Virus record (IMG/VR): IMGVR_UViG_3300012979_001162 | Coordinates: 1 to 64,000 of that record | Length of the DNA stretch: 64,000 bases | Source: a virus | Taxonomy: Duplodnaviria > Caudoviricetes | Reading direction: 5' to 3' (one strand) | Part shown: one piece after another, positions 1 through 10,100 of the stretch | How positions within the stretch are numbered: position 1 is the stretch's first letter | How the letters are laid out: every line of letters begins with the position of its first letter | Notes under the pieces: generated by a model | The model's database searches: none | What the model saw: the letters and a program-made list of their open reading frames with translations, nothing else | Told to the model about the DNA's origin: nothing | Program-made: the position numbers and the translations under genes

Positions 1-125
1 TCATTTAATTCCTCAATAGAATTTGCAAACAATGGTGTTTGCTGCAAGCTTTGAGTTTGTATGCTCAAAACATCTTCTTCGAGTTCTTCAATTCTATCAG
101 TTAAATCCACTTTCTCAGAAGAATG

Positions 126-154
126 TTGACCAAAAAGGATATAGTATATATAAT
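126..154 (+). promoter_or_regulatory. sigma-A-type promoter for the tyrosine recombinase
   Basis: TTGACC(126-131)-N17-TATAAT(149-154) upstream of GGAGG and ATG 212. Confidence 0.75.
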
Positions 155-211
155 ATTTTCGCAAACATGGAAGCAATTGCTTCTGATATTTTTTTATGGA
201 GGAAATGTTAT

Positions 212-1210
212 ATGTATGAACAAATGAGGAATGATTTTTTGACTGCACTTTCCAATGAGCAGAATGTGGATGTGGCGACGGCATTGAGAGTGTTGGACCA
301 AGTGGCAATGAATTATGAAATTAAACCTAAGGAAGTTGATATTATTGTCTTTGAGGGAGAGTTGCCAGAAATGGTGAGAACATATTTGATTTGCAAAAAA
401 ATGGCGGGACTTTCTGATGGAACGTTGGAAAATTATAAAATAATTTTAAGCGTATTTTTTAAAGAAATTAAGCGACTGCCCCAGTTTATTACTGCAAATG
501 AAATAAGAGAGTTTCTGTATACATATCAAGAGACAAAAGGTGTATCTCGTCGTACCATTGATAAATATAGAGAGTATATTACGCGATTCTTCACTTGGGC
601 ATATAACGAAGGGTATATTCCAGATAATCCCGCAAAAAATATAGCGGCAATTAAATACGAAGAGAAGCCACGAGAAGCGCTGACGCAAGTCGAGTTGGAA
701 TATTTGAGAATGGCTTGTGAAACGGTGCGTGAACGAGCAATTATAGAATTTCTATATAGCACTGGCGCAAGAGTGTCAGAACTTACGACTCTCAAAAAGT
801 CGGATATAAATTGGTATGAAAAATCTGTGCGTTTATTCGGTAAAGGCAGAAAACATAGAATTAGTTTTTTGAATGCTAAAGCTGAAGTTGCATTAATAAA
901 ATATCTTGAATCTAGGGATGATAATTGCGAATATTTATTTGTCTCTGTAAAGAAACCATATCAAAATCTTAGTAAAGATGCGATTGAAAAAATTGTGCGT
1001 AATATAGCTCGTAGAGCTTCAGTCAATATAGGAAAGCATATTACGCCGCATATCTTAAGACACACTACGGCAACAATGGCATTGCAAAGCGGAATGCCAA
1101 TTGCCGACATCAGTAAATTACTTGGTCACGAAAGTATTGATACGACAATGATATATGCAAAATCGTCGATCGAGGACGTGCGTTCGGGACATAAAAAACA
1201 CATTGTTTAA
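212..1210 (+). CDS. Tyrosine recombinase (XerC/D-like; possibly a DNA invertase)
   Basis: Catalytic set present: TGARVSE (R), GKGRK (K), HILRH, LGH, TTMIY. N-terminal SAM-like region. Start moved to ATG 212 behind GGAGG. Confidence 0.92.
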   Translation: MYEQMRNDFLTALSNEQNVDVATALRVLDQVAMNYEIKPKEVDIIVFEGELPEMVRTYLICKKMAGLSDGTLENYKIILSVFFKEIKRLPQFITANEIREFLYTYQETKGVSRRTIDKYREYITRFFTWAYNEGYIPDNPAKNIAAIKYEEKPREALTQVELEYLRMACETVRERAIIEFLYSTGARVSELTTLKKSDINWYEKSVRLFGKGRKHRISFLNAKAEVALIKYLESRDDNCEYLFVSVKKPYQNLSKDAIEKIVRNIARRASVNIGKHITPHILRHTTATMALQSGMPIADISKLLGHESIDTTMIYAKSSIEDVRSGHKKHIV

Positions 1211-1293
1211 TAATAAAAAAACATTTGGCAGCCCTATGTTTTCTATTTATAGTTTTTAAGGCTGACTTTACACTGAGAAAAAGGAGGTATAGT

Positions 1294-1722
1294 ATGATTC
1301 GTGGAACAACCTGGCAGTTTAAATTTAAACTGCCTTATCCTATGACCGAAGTTTCATGGATAACAATTCAATTTTGGCAGCCAAACAATCCAAACGAATT
1401 ACTACCTATTATTAAAAAGGAAAATTGCTGTGTAGTTTCAGACAAGCCAAATGAGGTCTATGTTTCATTGACGGCCGAAGAAACTGCAAGATTTTCAGAT
1501 AAATATAAAGCTAAATTACAATTAAGAGGACTACACACTTCGAGTGGCACGATTTTTGGAAACAAACCAATGATGTTTACGGTTTATCCGATGGAAAATG
1601 GTATAATCCAAGAAGATCCGGTCACTGGCGGATACATCATCTATGATGGTAATGAAATTAGTACGTGGACACCCGATAATACGGCAATTGTTTTTGACGC
1701 CAATACCATCATTAAAGAATAG
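1294..1722 (+). CDS. Hypothetical tail-associated protein (BppU-N-like beta-sandwich)
   Basis: AGGAGG then ATG 1294; MIRGTT start and LTAEET...LQLR pattern; directly upstream of tail fibre. Confidence 0.55.
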   Translation: MIRGTTWQFKFKLPYPMTEVSWITIQFWQPNNPNELLPIIKKENCCVVSDKPNEVYVSLTAEETARFSDKYKAKLQLRGLHTSSGTIFGNKPMMFTVYPMENGIIQEDPVTGGYIIYDGNEISTWTPDNTAIVFDANTIIKE

Positions 1723-1733
1723 GAGGGATATGA

Positions 1734-4700
1734 ATGACTGAAGAAATTATTGATTTAATCGAAGAAAACGCTGCTCCAATTGTCAACGAAATGGAGATAG
1801 AAATAACCGAGTCAATTGGTTGGGCTGCCGCCGATACAAATATGCATAGTAATTTACCCGATCGTAATGCACCAAATCAGCATTTGACCTCCGCCATTAC
1901 AGGATTAGATGAACAGCTCGCGCAAATCAAAGCGCCCAGGGTTCTTTATTCAAATAAATCGGGAGTTGCTCATTATTATGAATGGGCAAGCGGTGCCTAT
2001 GATGAAGCTGGTTACTTTGTAAGTCTTGTGCCGGGATCTTCTAAGATTAAGATTTGTGACGGCATAAACATCTTTGGCGTGACTGTCGAGGAGGCAGGTT
2101 TTGTTGGCAATCAAGGCACGACTGGTCTTAGAGGTAATAATTACGGCTTGGTGGCTACCTCTGGTCTTGTTGATGTTAGATGTGTGTCTGGTATTAATGA
2201 GGGCGACTATGTTGTTGCTAACGCTAGTGGTCTTGCGGAAAAAACCGACTCAGATTGCGGATATAAGGTTGTATCTAAAGCAACTAAAGATGGCACCGAG
2301 TATGTTTCAATCTCATTGGGTGTACAGGCTTGTACGACAAATTTGCTCGGTCAAAGAGTTGGGCGATTAGAGGTAGATTTGGATGCCGCAGAACTCAACA
2401 TTCAAGCGGCGATGAAACTCGCAAATGATGCGACCGCTATGGCTGGTGCGAGTAATATAACCTCTAATGAAGCACAGGATAAGATAAATGGTGTAATCGA
2501 CGCTACTAATAATGCGCTCAAAGATGTCAACAACTCTTTGAAAGATATAGATGAGGCTAAGCAGGCTGCGAAAGATGCCGCTTATCAAGCAGATGTGGTT
2601 GCGAAACAAGCAGTTGATAGGGCAAATGACGCTCTGGCAAAAGCAAATGCGGTCGAACAGGATAATCAGTATATTCTATCACGAACCGAGGAAACTGCTG
2701 AGAACTATGAACGATTAATAGGGTCCATTGATAAATATAGCATTGGTGAATGCTCGCAGTCGTATGGCTTAACTCTTGAGCAAGCTCGCAGTATCCTTAA
2801 ACCGGGTATGATTTACATTCCCACTGAGAGCCACAAAGAGATTTATTGGGCTACAATTGATGGCAAAGGTTATAGCTTTGAAAAAGAGTTTACAGACGGG
2901 TATTATTATAGGTGGCACTCCAGACCTTTTGAACTCACCATCGATAACGGTACAAAAGATATTTCTGGATATTGGTGGAGTGAACAAATATATGGAGTTT
3001 GGCCTAGCCCTATAATGCTGCACGGAACGTCTTGTGCTTTTTGGTATGATAATTCTACTTTGTATAATTTAGAGACTGCCGACTGGGCAAAATTCAACAA
3101 ATCTATATGGGTGGAGAGCGAAGCTCCCACCGACGCACAGTATGATTATTGGTTTAACAACAATGTTGTGGAATCTAAATCTATTGATTTGACAAGCGGA
3201 ACCGAAACATGGATGCCATATGACACATATATAGGAGAAACGAGCCCTACTGAAAATAGTTATGAATTTTGGTACGACGGCACGAGTTTTTACACCCATT
3301 GGTTTGAGGTCAATACCATTGTAGGGAACGCAAGCAATCGTATTTCGAGTATGATTAGACAAGATGTGGATGCAATTACCGCAGAAATAGTTAACGCTCA
3401 CGGCGGTGTTGCTGGATTTGGCGCGTGGCTCACAGACACAGAAGCCAAGGCAAATATAGGAACATTTTGGGCAGATCCAGCTTCAGGTGAAAAGAATATG
3501 GCTAATATCGGTTTGGTTGCGAACGATGACGGATCATCTATGTCTTTTGTTGTAAGAAAAACAACGAAGAATGATAATGGAGAATTAGAGAGTGAGGATG
3601 TAGTTGTCAGTGGAGCTGGCATTACACTCAATCAAAATGAAGAAGGTTCATCTATATTAATTGAGGCGGATTGTATTCTTATTGAGGGTGAATCTATTTT
3701 TAAGACCGAGAATGGTCAAACATTTATTGACGGTGGATTAATTGAAACGGGTAGCATTCAGGCTGATGATATAACTACTGGCACTTTGAAGTCCGATGGA
3801 TATATTGATGGTGAAGTATACTCTCAGACAGGCACATCCTTCAGTTTGGATAATGGTACCATTAAATCTCAAAAGTTTGCTGTCGATGAAATCGGTGTGC
3901 TCCATGCAAGAGGTGCAGATATTGAGGGTACAATTAATGCTACAGATGGGAAAATTGGACAGTTTACCATTAAGGATGGTTATATGAATTTGATGGTTAG
4001 TGGTGGTGGTAACCTTATGGACACAATACTCCCGCCCTCTGGAGATCGTTTCACTCTGGATGATTATATGAGGGTTTATTCATTTGCCGATGCAGTTGAT
4101 GATGCTTGGAAGGGTTATTTGGAGCAAGGTAAAACATACACGGTTGTTATTGATATGATGATTGACTGGAATTCCGAAATTTCAACTATGAACCCCTCTG
4201 ATGTTATAAGATTGTACACTGCAGTTTCTGCCCGAGAAGGTATGTCGAGTGAAAGCAATGGGGTTGATTTAGGATGTCTCACAATACAAGACACCAACCA
4301 ATGGCAAACTGTTAAATATACTTTTCAATTTGATTATGGTGATAGGTTCACAACTGAGGATGAGTATGTGGCATATTTAAATGAAGAAAGTGGCAGAAAA
4401 GGTTTGGCCATTGCGCCCAACCCGCCAATGAATGCCACAGATTGCCCCATAAACAATCTTACCATTTATGATATAAAGCTTTTCGAGGGCGAGACCACAA
4501 ATGAAGAAGGTTTGGTTACATCTAGCCATATTAGTGATACGATGAGTTGGTCAATTACTCCTGACCAATGTGTGTGGTGGAATCAGGATACAACTCGACA
4601 AGATCCTTTGATGAGATTGGACAAAGGTGGTTTGTATGTGAGGGGTGAAATTGAGTCACAGTTGGGCTATATTGGTAATATATCTATTCAAGAAAGCGGG

Positions 4701-5738
4701 CTTTGTGGACACGTCGATAATGTTCCTAGTTGGATTTTAAACAATGAGGGTTTATATATGCCGACTTCAGGAAGTATGCTTCAAGTCGGCAATTTTTCAC
4801 TGTATAATATAGAAAACACCGAAGGTTCTCTTACCACCTACTTTAAATCTAATGGAAGTTTTAAGATACAAGCATCAAGCGGAGCGTATATTGCCTTGGA
4901 TGATCAAACCGGCAACGAACCGCAAGAAATCCGTGTAAAGCTTTATTACGCATGTAGTGTAGGTGGTCGGGCTAATACATATATATACGCTCAAGCAGAT
5001 AAGGCTCCATACTATGATTTAACTGTTCAGGTTGAATGTAAGCGCTACGATATAAATGCCGATAGTGGCAATGAATATAATGTGCAAACAAATACGGTTG
5101 TTTTAACCATCAAGGCAAACGAAGAGCAATCTGACGAACAACTTGTGTTTGGCACAGCTAGTCCATATTTCGCTGTGCATAATACAACTACTAATCAGTG
5201 GAATACGGCACAACCGAAATATGATGGCGTGTATCAACAAATGAATTATTATAGCAAGACATACGTACAAAATCGGTCGGCAACAGATATAAAAATTCAA
5301 GGAAATTTAATTCCGTCGGAGAAGGGAAATTATAATTTAGGTCTTTCTGATTGTTATTGGAATGTTATTTATTCCAAAGATGGTACGGTTTCAGTTTCCG
5401 ACGGAAAGAAAAAGAATACCGTTCAATCCCTAGAGGATTCTTACGACTTAATTTTTGATTCATTAAAACCTGTTTCTTATAAGTTTAATGAAAATACTAG
5501 TAATAGAACCCATGTTGGATTCGTTGCACAGGATGTCAAGGATGCAGTTGAATTTTCTGGTTTAACAACCCAAGACTTTGCAGGATATTGCGAATGGGAA
5601 GAAAGCGATGGCGAGATTGGTTGCGGATTGCGTTATGGTGAATTTGTTTCTCTCAACACTTGGCAAATCCAAAAACTTAAATCTCGCGTATCCGAACTTG
5701 AGGCAAAACTAAAAGAACTTGCCGAAAAGAATAATTAA
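1734..5738 (+). CDS. Large tail fibre/spike protein with C-terminal intramolecular chaperone (peptidase S74-like)
   Basis: C-terminal SDGKKKN...LKPVSYKF...HVGFVAQDV...LRYGEF plus coiled coil; beta-repeat regions and a CBM-like insertion at ~4000-4495. Confidence 0.85.
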   Translation: MTEEIIDLIEENAAPIVNEMEIEITESIGWAAADTNMHSNLPDRNAPNQHLTSAITGLDEQLAQIKAPRVLYSNKSGVAHYYEWASGAYDEAGYFVSLVPGSSKIKICDGINIFGVTVEEAGFVGNQGTTGLRGNNYGLVATSGLVDVRCVSGINEGDYVVANASGLAEKTDSDCGYKVVSKATKDGTEYVSISLGVQACTTNLLGQRVGRLEVDLDAAELNIQAAMKLANDATAMAGASNITSNEAQDKINGVIDATNNALKDVNNSLKDIDEAKQAAKDAAYQADVVAKQAVDRANDALAKANAVEQDNQYILSRTEETAENYERLIGSIDKYSIGECSQSYGLTLEQARSILKPGMIYIPTESHKEIYWATIDGKGYSFEKEFTDGYYYRWHSRPFELTIDNGTKDISGYWWSEQIYGVWPSPIMLHGTSCAFWYDNSTLYNLETADWAKFNKSIWVESEAPTDAQYDYWFNNNVVESKSIDLTSGTETWMPYDTYIGETSPTENSYEFWYDGTSFYTHWFEVNTIVGNASNRISSMIRQDVDAITAEIVNAHGGVAGFGAWLTDTEAKANIGTFWADPASGEKNMANIGLVANDDGSSMSFVVRKTTKNDNGELESEDVVVSGAGITLNQNEEGSSILIEADCILIEGESIFKTENGQTFIDGGLIETGSIQADDITTGTLKSDGYIDGEVYSQTGTSFSLDNGTIKSQKFAVDEIGVLHARGADIEGTINATDGKIGQFTIKDGYMNLMVSGGGNLMDTILPPSGDRFTLDDYMRVYSFADAVDDAWKGYLEQGKTYTVVIDMMIDWNSEISTMNPSDVIRLYTAVSAREGMSSESNGVDLGCLTIQDTNQWQTVKYTFQFDYGDRFTTEDEYVAYLNEESGRKGLAIAPNPPMNATDCPINNLTIYDIKLFEGETTNEEGLVTSSHISDTMSWSITPDQCVWWNQDTTRQDPLMRLDKGGLYVRGEIESQLGYIGNISIQESGLCGHVDNVPSWILNNEGLYMPTSGSMLQVGNFSLYNIENTEGSLTTYFKSNGSFKIQASSGAYIALDDQTGNEPQEIRVKLYYACSVGGRANTYIYAQADKAPYYDLTVQVECKRYDINADSGNEYNVQTNTVVLTIKANEEQSDEQLVFGTASPYFAVHNTTTNQWNTAQPKYDGVYQQMNYYSKTYVQNRSATDIKIQGNLIPSEKGNYNLGLSDCYWNVIYSKDGTVSVSDGKKKNTVQSLEDSYDLIFDSLKPVSYKFNENTSNRTHVGFVAQDVKDAVEFSGLTTQDFAGYCEWEESDGEIGCGLRYGEFVSLNTWQIQKLKSRVSELEAKLKELAEKNN

Positions 5739-5750
5739 AAGGAGAAAGCT

Positions 5751-5963
5751 ATGCAACAGAAATCAATTATCCTCGAAATGGACGAGGCAAAAAGAGAATT
5801 AATACAATGCGCCAATAATATTATGCAGAAACACGGACTCAATTGTTATTTGATGGAGCCGGCGTTTGCAGAATTGTATGCCGAAGTTAAAGCCGAGGCC
5901 CAAAGAGAGTTGGTGCAGGCAAGACAAGCGGCGATGGCTGCTCAAACACCACAAAATGATTAA
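5751..5963 (+). CDS. Small hypothetical protein
   Basis: AAGGAG RBS, 70 aa, follows tail fibre. Confidence 0.7.
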   Translation: MQQKSIILEMDEAKRELIQCANNIMQKHGLNCYLMEPAFAELYAEVKAEAQRELVQARQAAMAAQTPQND

Positions 5964-5964
5964 A

Positions 5965-5988
5965 GAGGGGGCGGCAATAGTCGCCCTC
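5965..5988 (+). other. GC-rich intergenic hairpin (terminator or processing site)
   Basis: GAGGG..GGCGGC-AATA-GTCGCCCTC stem-loop without a clear U tract. Confidence 0.4.
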
Positions 5989-6022
5989 AGATAAATAATG
6001 AGAAAAAGGAGAAATAATTATT

Positions 6023-6580
6023 ATGACTATACAGGAATTTGTAGAAGCTTACAAAGAACAGAGATTTATGAGCACCCCTCAGGGTCTTAACGAAAAATCA
6101 GAGTGGATTAGAGGACAACTTGGAATTAAAAAGTACATCCCTTTTATGGAGAAGAGAAAGATTGCCGAGATGATTGTAGAGCAGAATATTGAAGTGGTTG
6201 ATGGAATTAAGAAGTATGACAACATTGGCGCATACATTAGTTTTATTATGGCTTCTATCATTGCGCACACATCACTTGAATGTAGCGACGACCCCGTAGC
6301 AGACTATGATTTGCTTGCAGAGAGCGGGCTTTTGTCCCAGATTGTGGCAGAGTTTCAGGAGTCTCACAATGAGATTGATATTTTGCTCAAAATGGATGTG
6401 GCATATGAGCTAGAGGATAACCAGCCCGGCGCATTGATTGGCAGATTTTTAGATGGCGTGCTTAAGAAGCTTGATGGTGCGTCAGGCATGCTGAAAGAGA
6501 TCGTTGGCAATCTCGATTTAGAAGAAATGTTTAGCGAGGAAAATGTGGCCAAGATTGTTGGCTTTTTGAATAAAAAATAA
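6023..6580 (+). CDS. Hypothetical protein (possible tail assembly chaperone)
   Basis: AAGGAG RBS; acidic helical 185 aa upstream of tape measure. Confidence 0.6.
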   Translation: MTIQEFVEAYKEQRFMSTPQGLNEKSEWIRGQLGIKKYIPFMEKRKIAEMIVEQNIEVVDGIKKYDNIGAYISFIMASIIAHTSLECSDDPVADYDLLAESGLLSQIVAEFQESHNEIDILLKMDVAYELEDNQPGALIGRFLDGVLKKLDGASGMLKEIVGNLDLEEMFSEENVAKIVGFLNKK

Positions 6581-6599
6581 TTTGAAGGAGTTGGTGGAT

Positions 6600-7148
6600 A
6601 TGGCAAGGAAGACCAAAGTTCGCGGCCTAGAAGAAGAAATCAACAGAGTATTTAGTAGATATGAGAGTAATTTAAAAAAGGCGATGCAGGAAGCTGCGGA
6701 AGAGGCGGAGTTTGATATAAGATTTGAAGCAGAATCTTGTTTATATCGATATTACGAAAATTATGACACTAATTGGTATGGTCGTACTGAAAGTCTTATA
6801 GGAGCCTTTGTACCATACAACGATATAGTTAAAGATAAAAAAAACAATGCGTTCGTGGCTATCGTTGGTATGAGTTATGATCCGTCAAAACTAGATGGGT
6901 TATATAGCAGTAATGCATCAAAACAATATCAGCCAGTCGATAGCTCGTGGATATTAAGTAATTATTTGGCAGGTATACACCCAACAACCAATGGTTATCC
7001 ATTGTATGCTGACACATTGGAATATATCGAAGTACACGATTCAGAATCCCCGGACGATCATATGGATGCATTTTTACAACAATATGCCAAAACATTTAAC
7101 AATCACGTATTAAAATCATTTACAAAGGAAGTTATCAAGAGGAGGTGA
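6600..7148 (+). CDS. Hypothetical virion/tail-completion-like protein
   Basis: AAGGAG then ATG 6600; YxRTxxL-like motif (WYGRTESL); immediately precedes tape measure. Confidence 0.55.
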   Translation: MARKTKVRGLEEEINRVFSRYESNLKKAMQEAAEEAEFDIRFEAESCLYRYYENYDTNWYGRTESLIGAFVPYNDIVKDKKNNAFVAIVGMSYDPSKLDGLYSSNASKQYQPVDSSWILSNYLAGIHPTTNGYPLYADTLEYIEVHDSESPDDHMDAFLQQYAKTFNNHVLKSFTKEVIKRR

Positions 7149-7153
7149 GATAG

Positions 7154-10100
7154 ATGGATAAAATTATTAGACATGGTTTGGAAATAGCGGCAGGCCTGGA
7201 TAAAGCGTCGAAAGACGAAATGATGAGGGCTGTTCGAGAGGTATTTACAGAGGGCGCTATTATAGATTTTCAAAATAAAGAAAACATTAGAGGTTTGCGC
7301 GAGTTTGCTAAAGTGTTTAAGAGCGTATTCGAAAGGGCAGGAAATAATACTATTGATTTTAATAAAATTATGGAACTGCCATCAGAGGATATGTTTAAGG
7401 AACTTGGAAGAATTGCAGCAACATCGTTTTGGGATGCATGGAATACAATTTCTAGCAGTAGCGGTGGCTTTGCAAGTGAGCGTAATAGAATTGAGGCGGA
7501 ATTTAATTCATTAATTCAGACGCAGAAGCAAAAAATGCAAGAACTTGAAGATTGGCAATCAAAACTAAGAAAGAAAAAAGATGCCGAACGTCGTTTGTAT
7601 TTTGACATGGCTACTAAAGAAAGGGTTTCATATAAGAGTAATGACGACTTAAAAACTAGGGCCAACACAGCATATAATGAATTTGATACTGTAAATTTCG
7701 AATTGCAAGAAGCTAAAGAAGCCGGGCGTGTTACCGAAAAGTTATTATCAAGATGGCGAGATGCGGCTACGGAAATAGTGAAAGTCAAAAATACAGTTGA
7801 TGAATTAAAATTTCAAGTCGTCCATAAAACCGTGAAAGACGGAGGTATTTTTGGTAAAACAAAATCGATTCCTCTTATCGAAGAAATATTAGGCAGTAGA
7901 ATGGCTGACTATTTTACATCCGAGATTGGTGGAGAAGGCTTGTCGGACGATCTTTTAATTGGAACATCTGCTATAGAAGATTTTGTAGATACTAAGGCAA
8001 TAACAGACAAAATCGGTGATATTCAACAAAGTTTGATTAAACTTGACAATCAAATAGCTGATATGTCCGCGAATTATCCTGATTTGGTTGATAAGCAGAA
8101 GGTAACAGAAGCCGAGGAAGCAATTGATAGGGTATCAGCAGCATATGATAGATTATTGGTTAAATCTGGTAGCAATAAAGGGAAACTCAAAGCAAAGGCT
8201 TTAAAAGATATACAGTCTGCGATAGATTATTCTCCTAAATCTGCTGGCAACTTTGCAGTTTCGGATGATATGTCTGAAGCAAAAATAAAAAGCATCAGCG
8301 AAAAGGAACAAAAAGCATATGCGCAATTAAAGTCTTTGGCTGAATCTTATGCTCACTCAGAGGGGAGTTCTTGGGAACAACGTGCACAATACTTGTTAAA
8401 ATTTATTAAAGAATATGAGGCGCAGGTTAATAATCCAACACTATCTCATGAATTGACTAGTAGTCTGGCAAGTCTATATAAAGAACTGAAGCCAATTGAA
8501 GAAAGTACTAAAACAATGCTTCAGAATGTTGTTAATATGGCAAATAACGTTCCGGAAATTGGTATAGATGGCTCCGGTTCTGGCGCAGAAACTGGTGATG
8601 GTACCGGCTCCGGAGATGCATCTTCTTCTGAAACAGAGAACCTTCGTCAGCAACTTGAAGAGGCTAACAGAAAACGCAAAGAAGCAGAATTAGCAGAGCG
8701 TGTTGCACAAGAGAACGCTACCGCCGAAAGACACGCAACAGAAGAAGCAGAAGAGAGAGCCGAGATGTATCGCCGCGCGATGGATAGCATGCAAGAAGAG
8801 ATGGCGGATCTTCGTGGGCAGTTGGCGGATGCAGGTAGTGGTAGTGGAGATGGTTCTGGTGGTACTCCAGAATTAGAACGGGTTGCGAAAACAATTGAAG
8901 AAAAAAGAAACGTATTAGAAGAACTTCAGAAAAAAGTGAATAAAAGCCTTGAAGATCAAGGCACAAATATGTATGTGGCAACGCAAGAACAACTTGATAA
9001 AGCAAAACAAATATTATCCGAGTACGAGAAAATTCTTGTAAAGACGGCTGGTGGTAAGAACTTAACTCTTGGCCCAGATATGTCTAACCAAGATTTAATG
9101 AAATTCCTCGGTATGGATGCTCAAAAGGCTAAGAATGTTGAATTTACTAGGAAGGCTGGTATTGGCACAGGTGCTTCCAGAGATAATCGTACCGAGGAAG
9201 ATGTCGAGAATGCTCGCAAGGTTGCCGAATACGAGGCTCAGGCAAGAGCTGAAGCAGAGGCAAAAGCGAAAGCAGAAAAAGAAGCACGAGAAGAAGCAGA
9301 ACGGCAGGCCCAGGCAGAAAAAGAAAAAGAAGAGAGTCTTAAGAGACAAAGGGCCGCAGAAGAACGGATTGCAAAAGCTAAAGAGAGAACCGCGAAGGCT
9401 GCCGCAGAAAAAGCAGCGTCTGAAGAAAAGACAAAAGCGTTAATATTAGAGCAAAAACAGGCTCTTTTAGAAATGCTCGGAATGTCGAATGAAGCCGGGC
9501 TCTTCTTTGATTCCAAAACGGGAGAGATAAGTGATATTGTTGAGGGCGGCGCACATAGCGTAGAAACCACATCGGGAGCATGGAATAAAGCATCTACTCA
9601 ATATGACGGACGTCTTCATTCACACAATTATGATGTTGCCGCCCCTAGTTTTAGTGGAAAAGATAATGATTTTGCTGTATGGCTTAAAGGATTCGATTAT
9701 ATTAAAAAACAAATGATCCTTGCCAACAAAGAACTCTTGTCTTTTGATTTTTCATCAATTAGCCGTGAGACATTAAGACATATTGCGGCTTTGTATTCGA
9801 AGGCGGCAAGAGAAATTGATAAAGAGTTTGATGGTTATGTTAAAAATGGTCAAGTCGGCGAAAAGTTTGGCACGCTTGATAACTGGGATGAGCAGTTTCA
9901 GGCTCGCCTAAGAGATGCTCTGAATTCCATTATGGAGAAGTCGGAGTATGCTGGAATTATGACCTCTCAGCAACTTCCACAAGATATTATTGACACACAC
10001 AGAGAACAGCTTGCTAAGAATCAAGCCAAAGTTGCCAAGAAGCCTAATGCTGCAGATGGCATGTCTTTGGCGGATGAGTATGAGCGAGCCAATGATGAAG

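Noticed and set aside
212-1210. Catalytically dead recombinase-fold repressor (SPbeta MrpR-like) as the binder of the 17-bp box
   Set aside because: All catalytic residues including the Tyr are present and the context fits an invertase better; not formally excluded
5751-7148. Programmed frameshift tail-chaperone pair (lambda G/GT type)
   Set aside because: Each ORF has its own RBS and no convincing slippery site with an overlapping open frame was found
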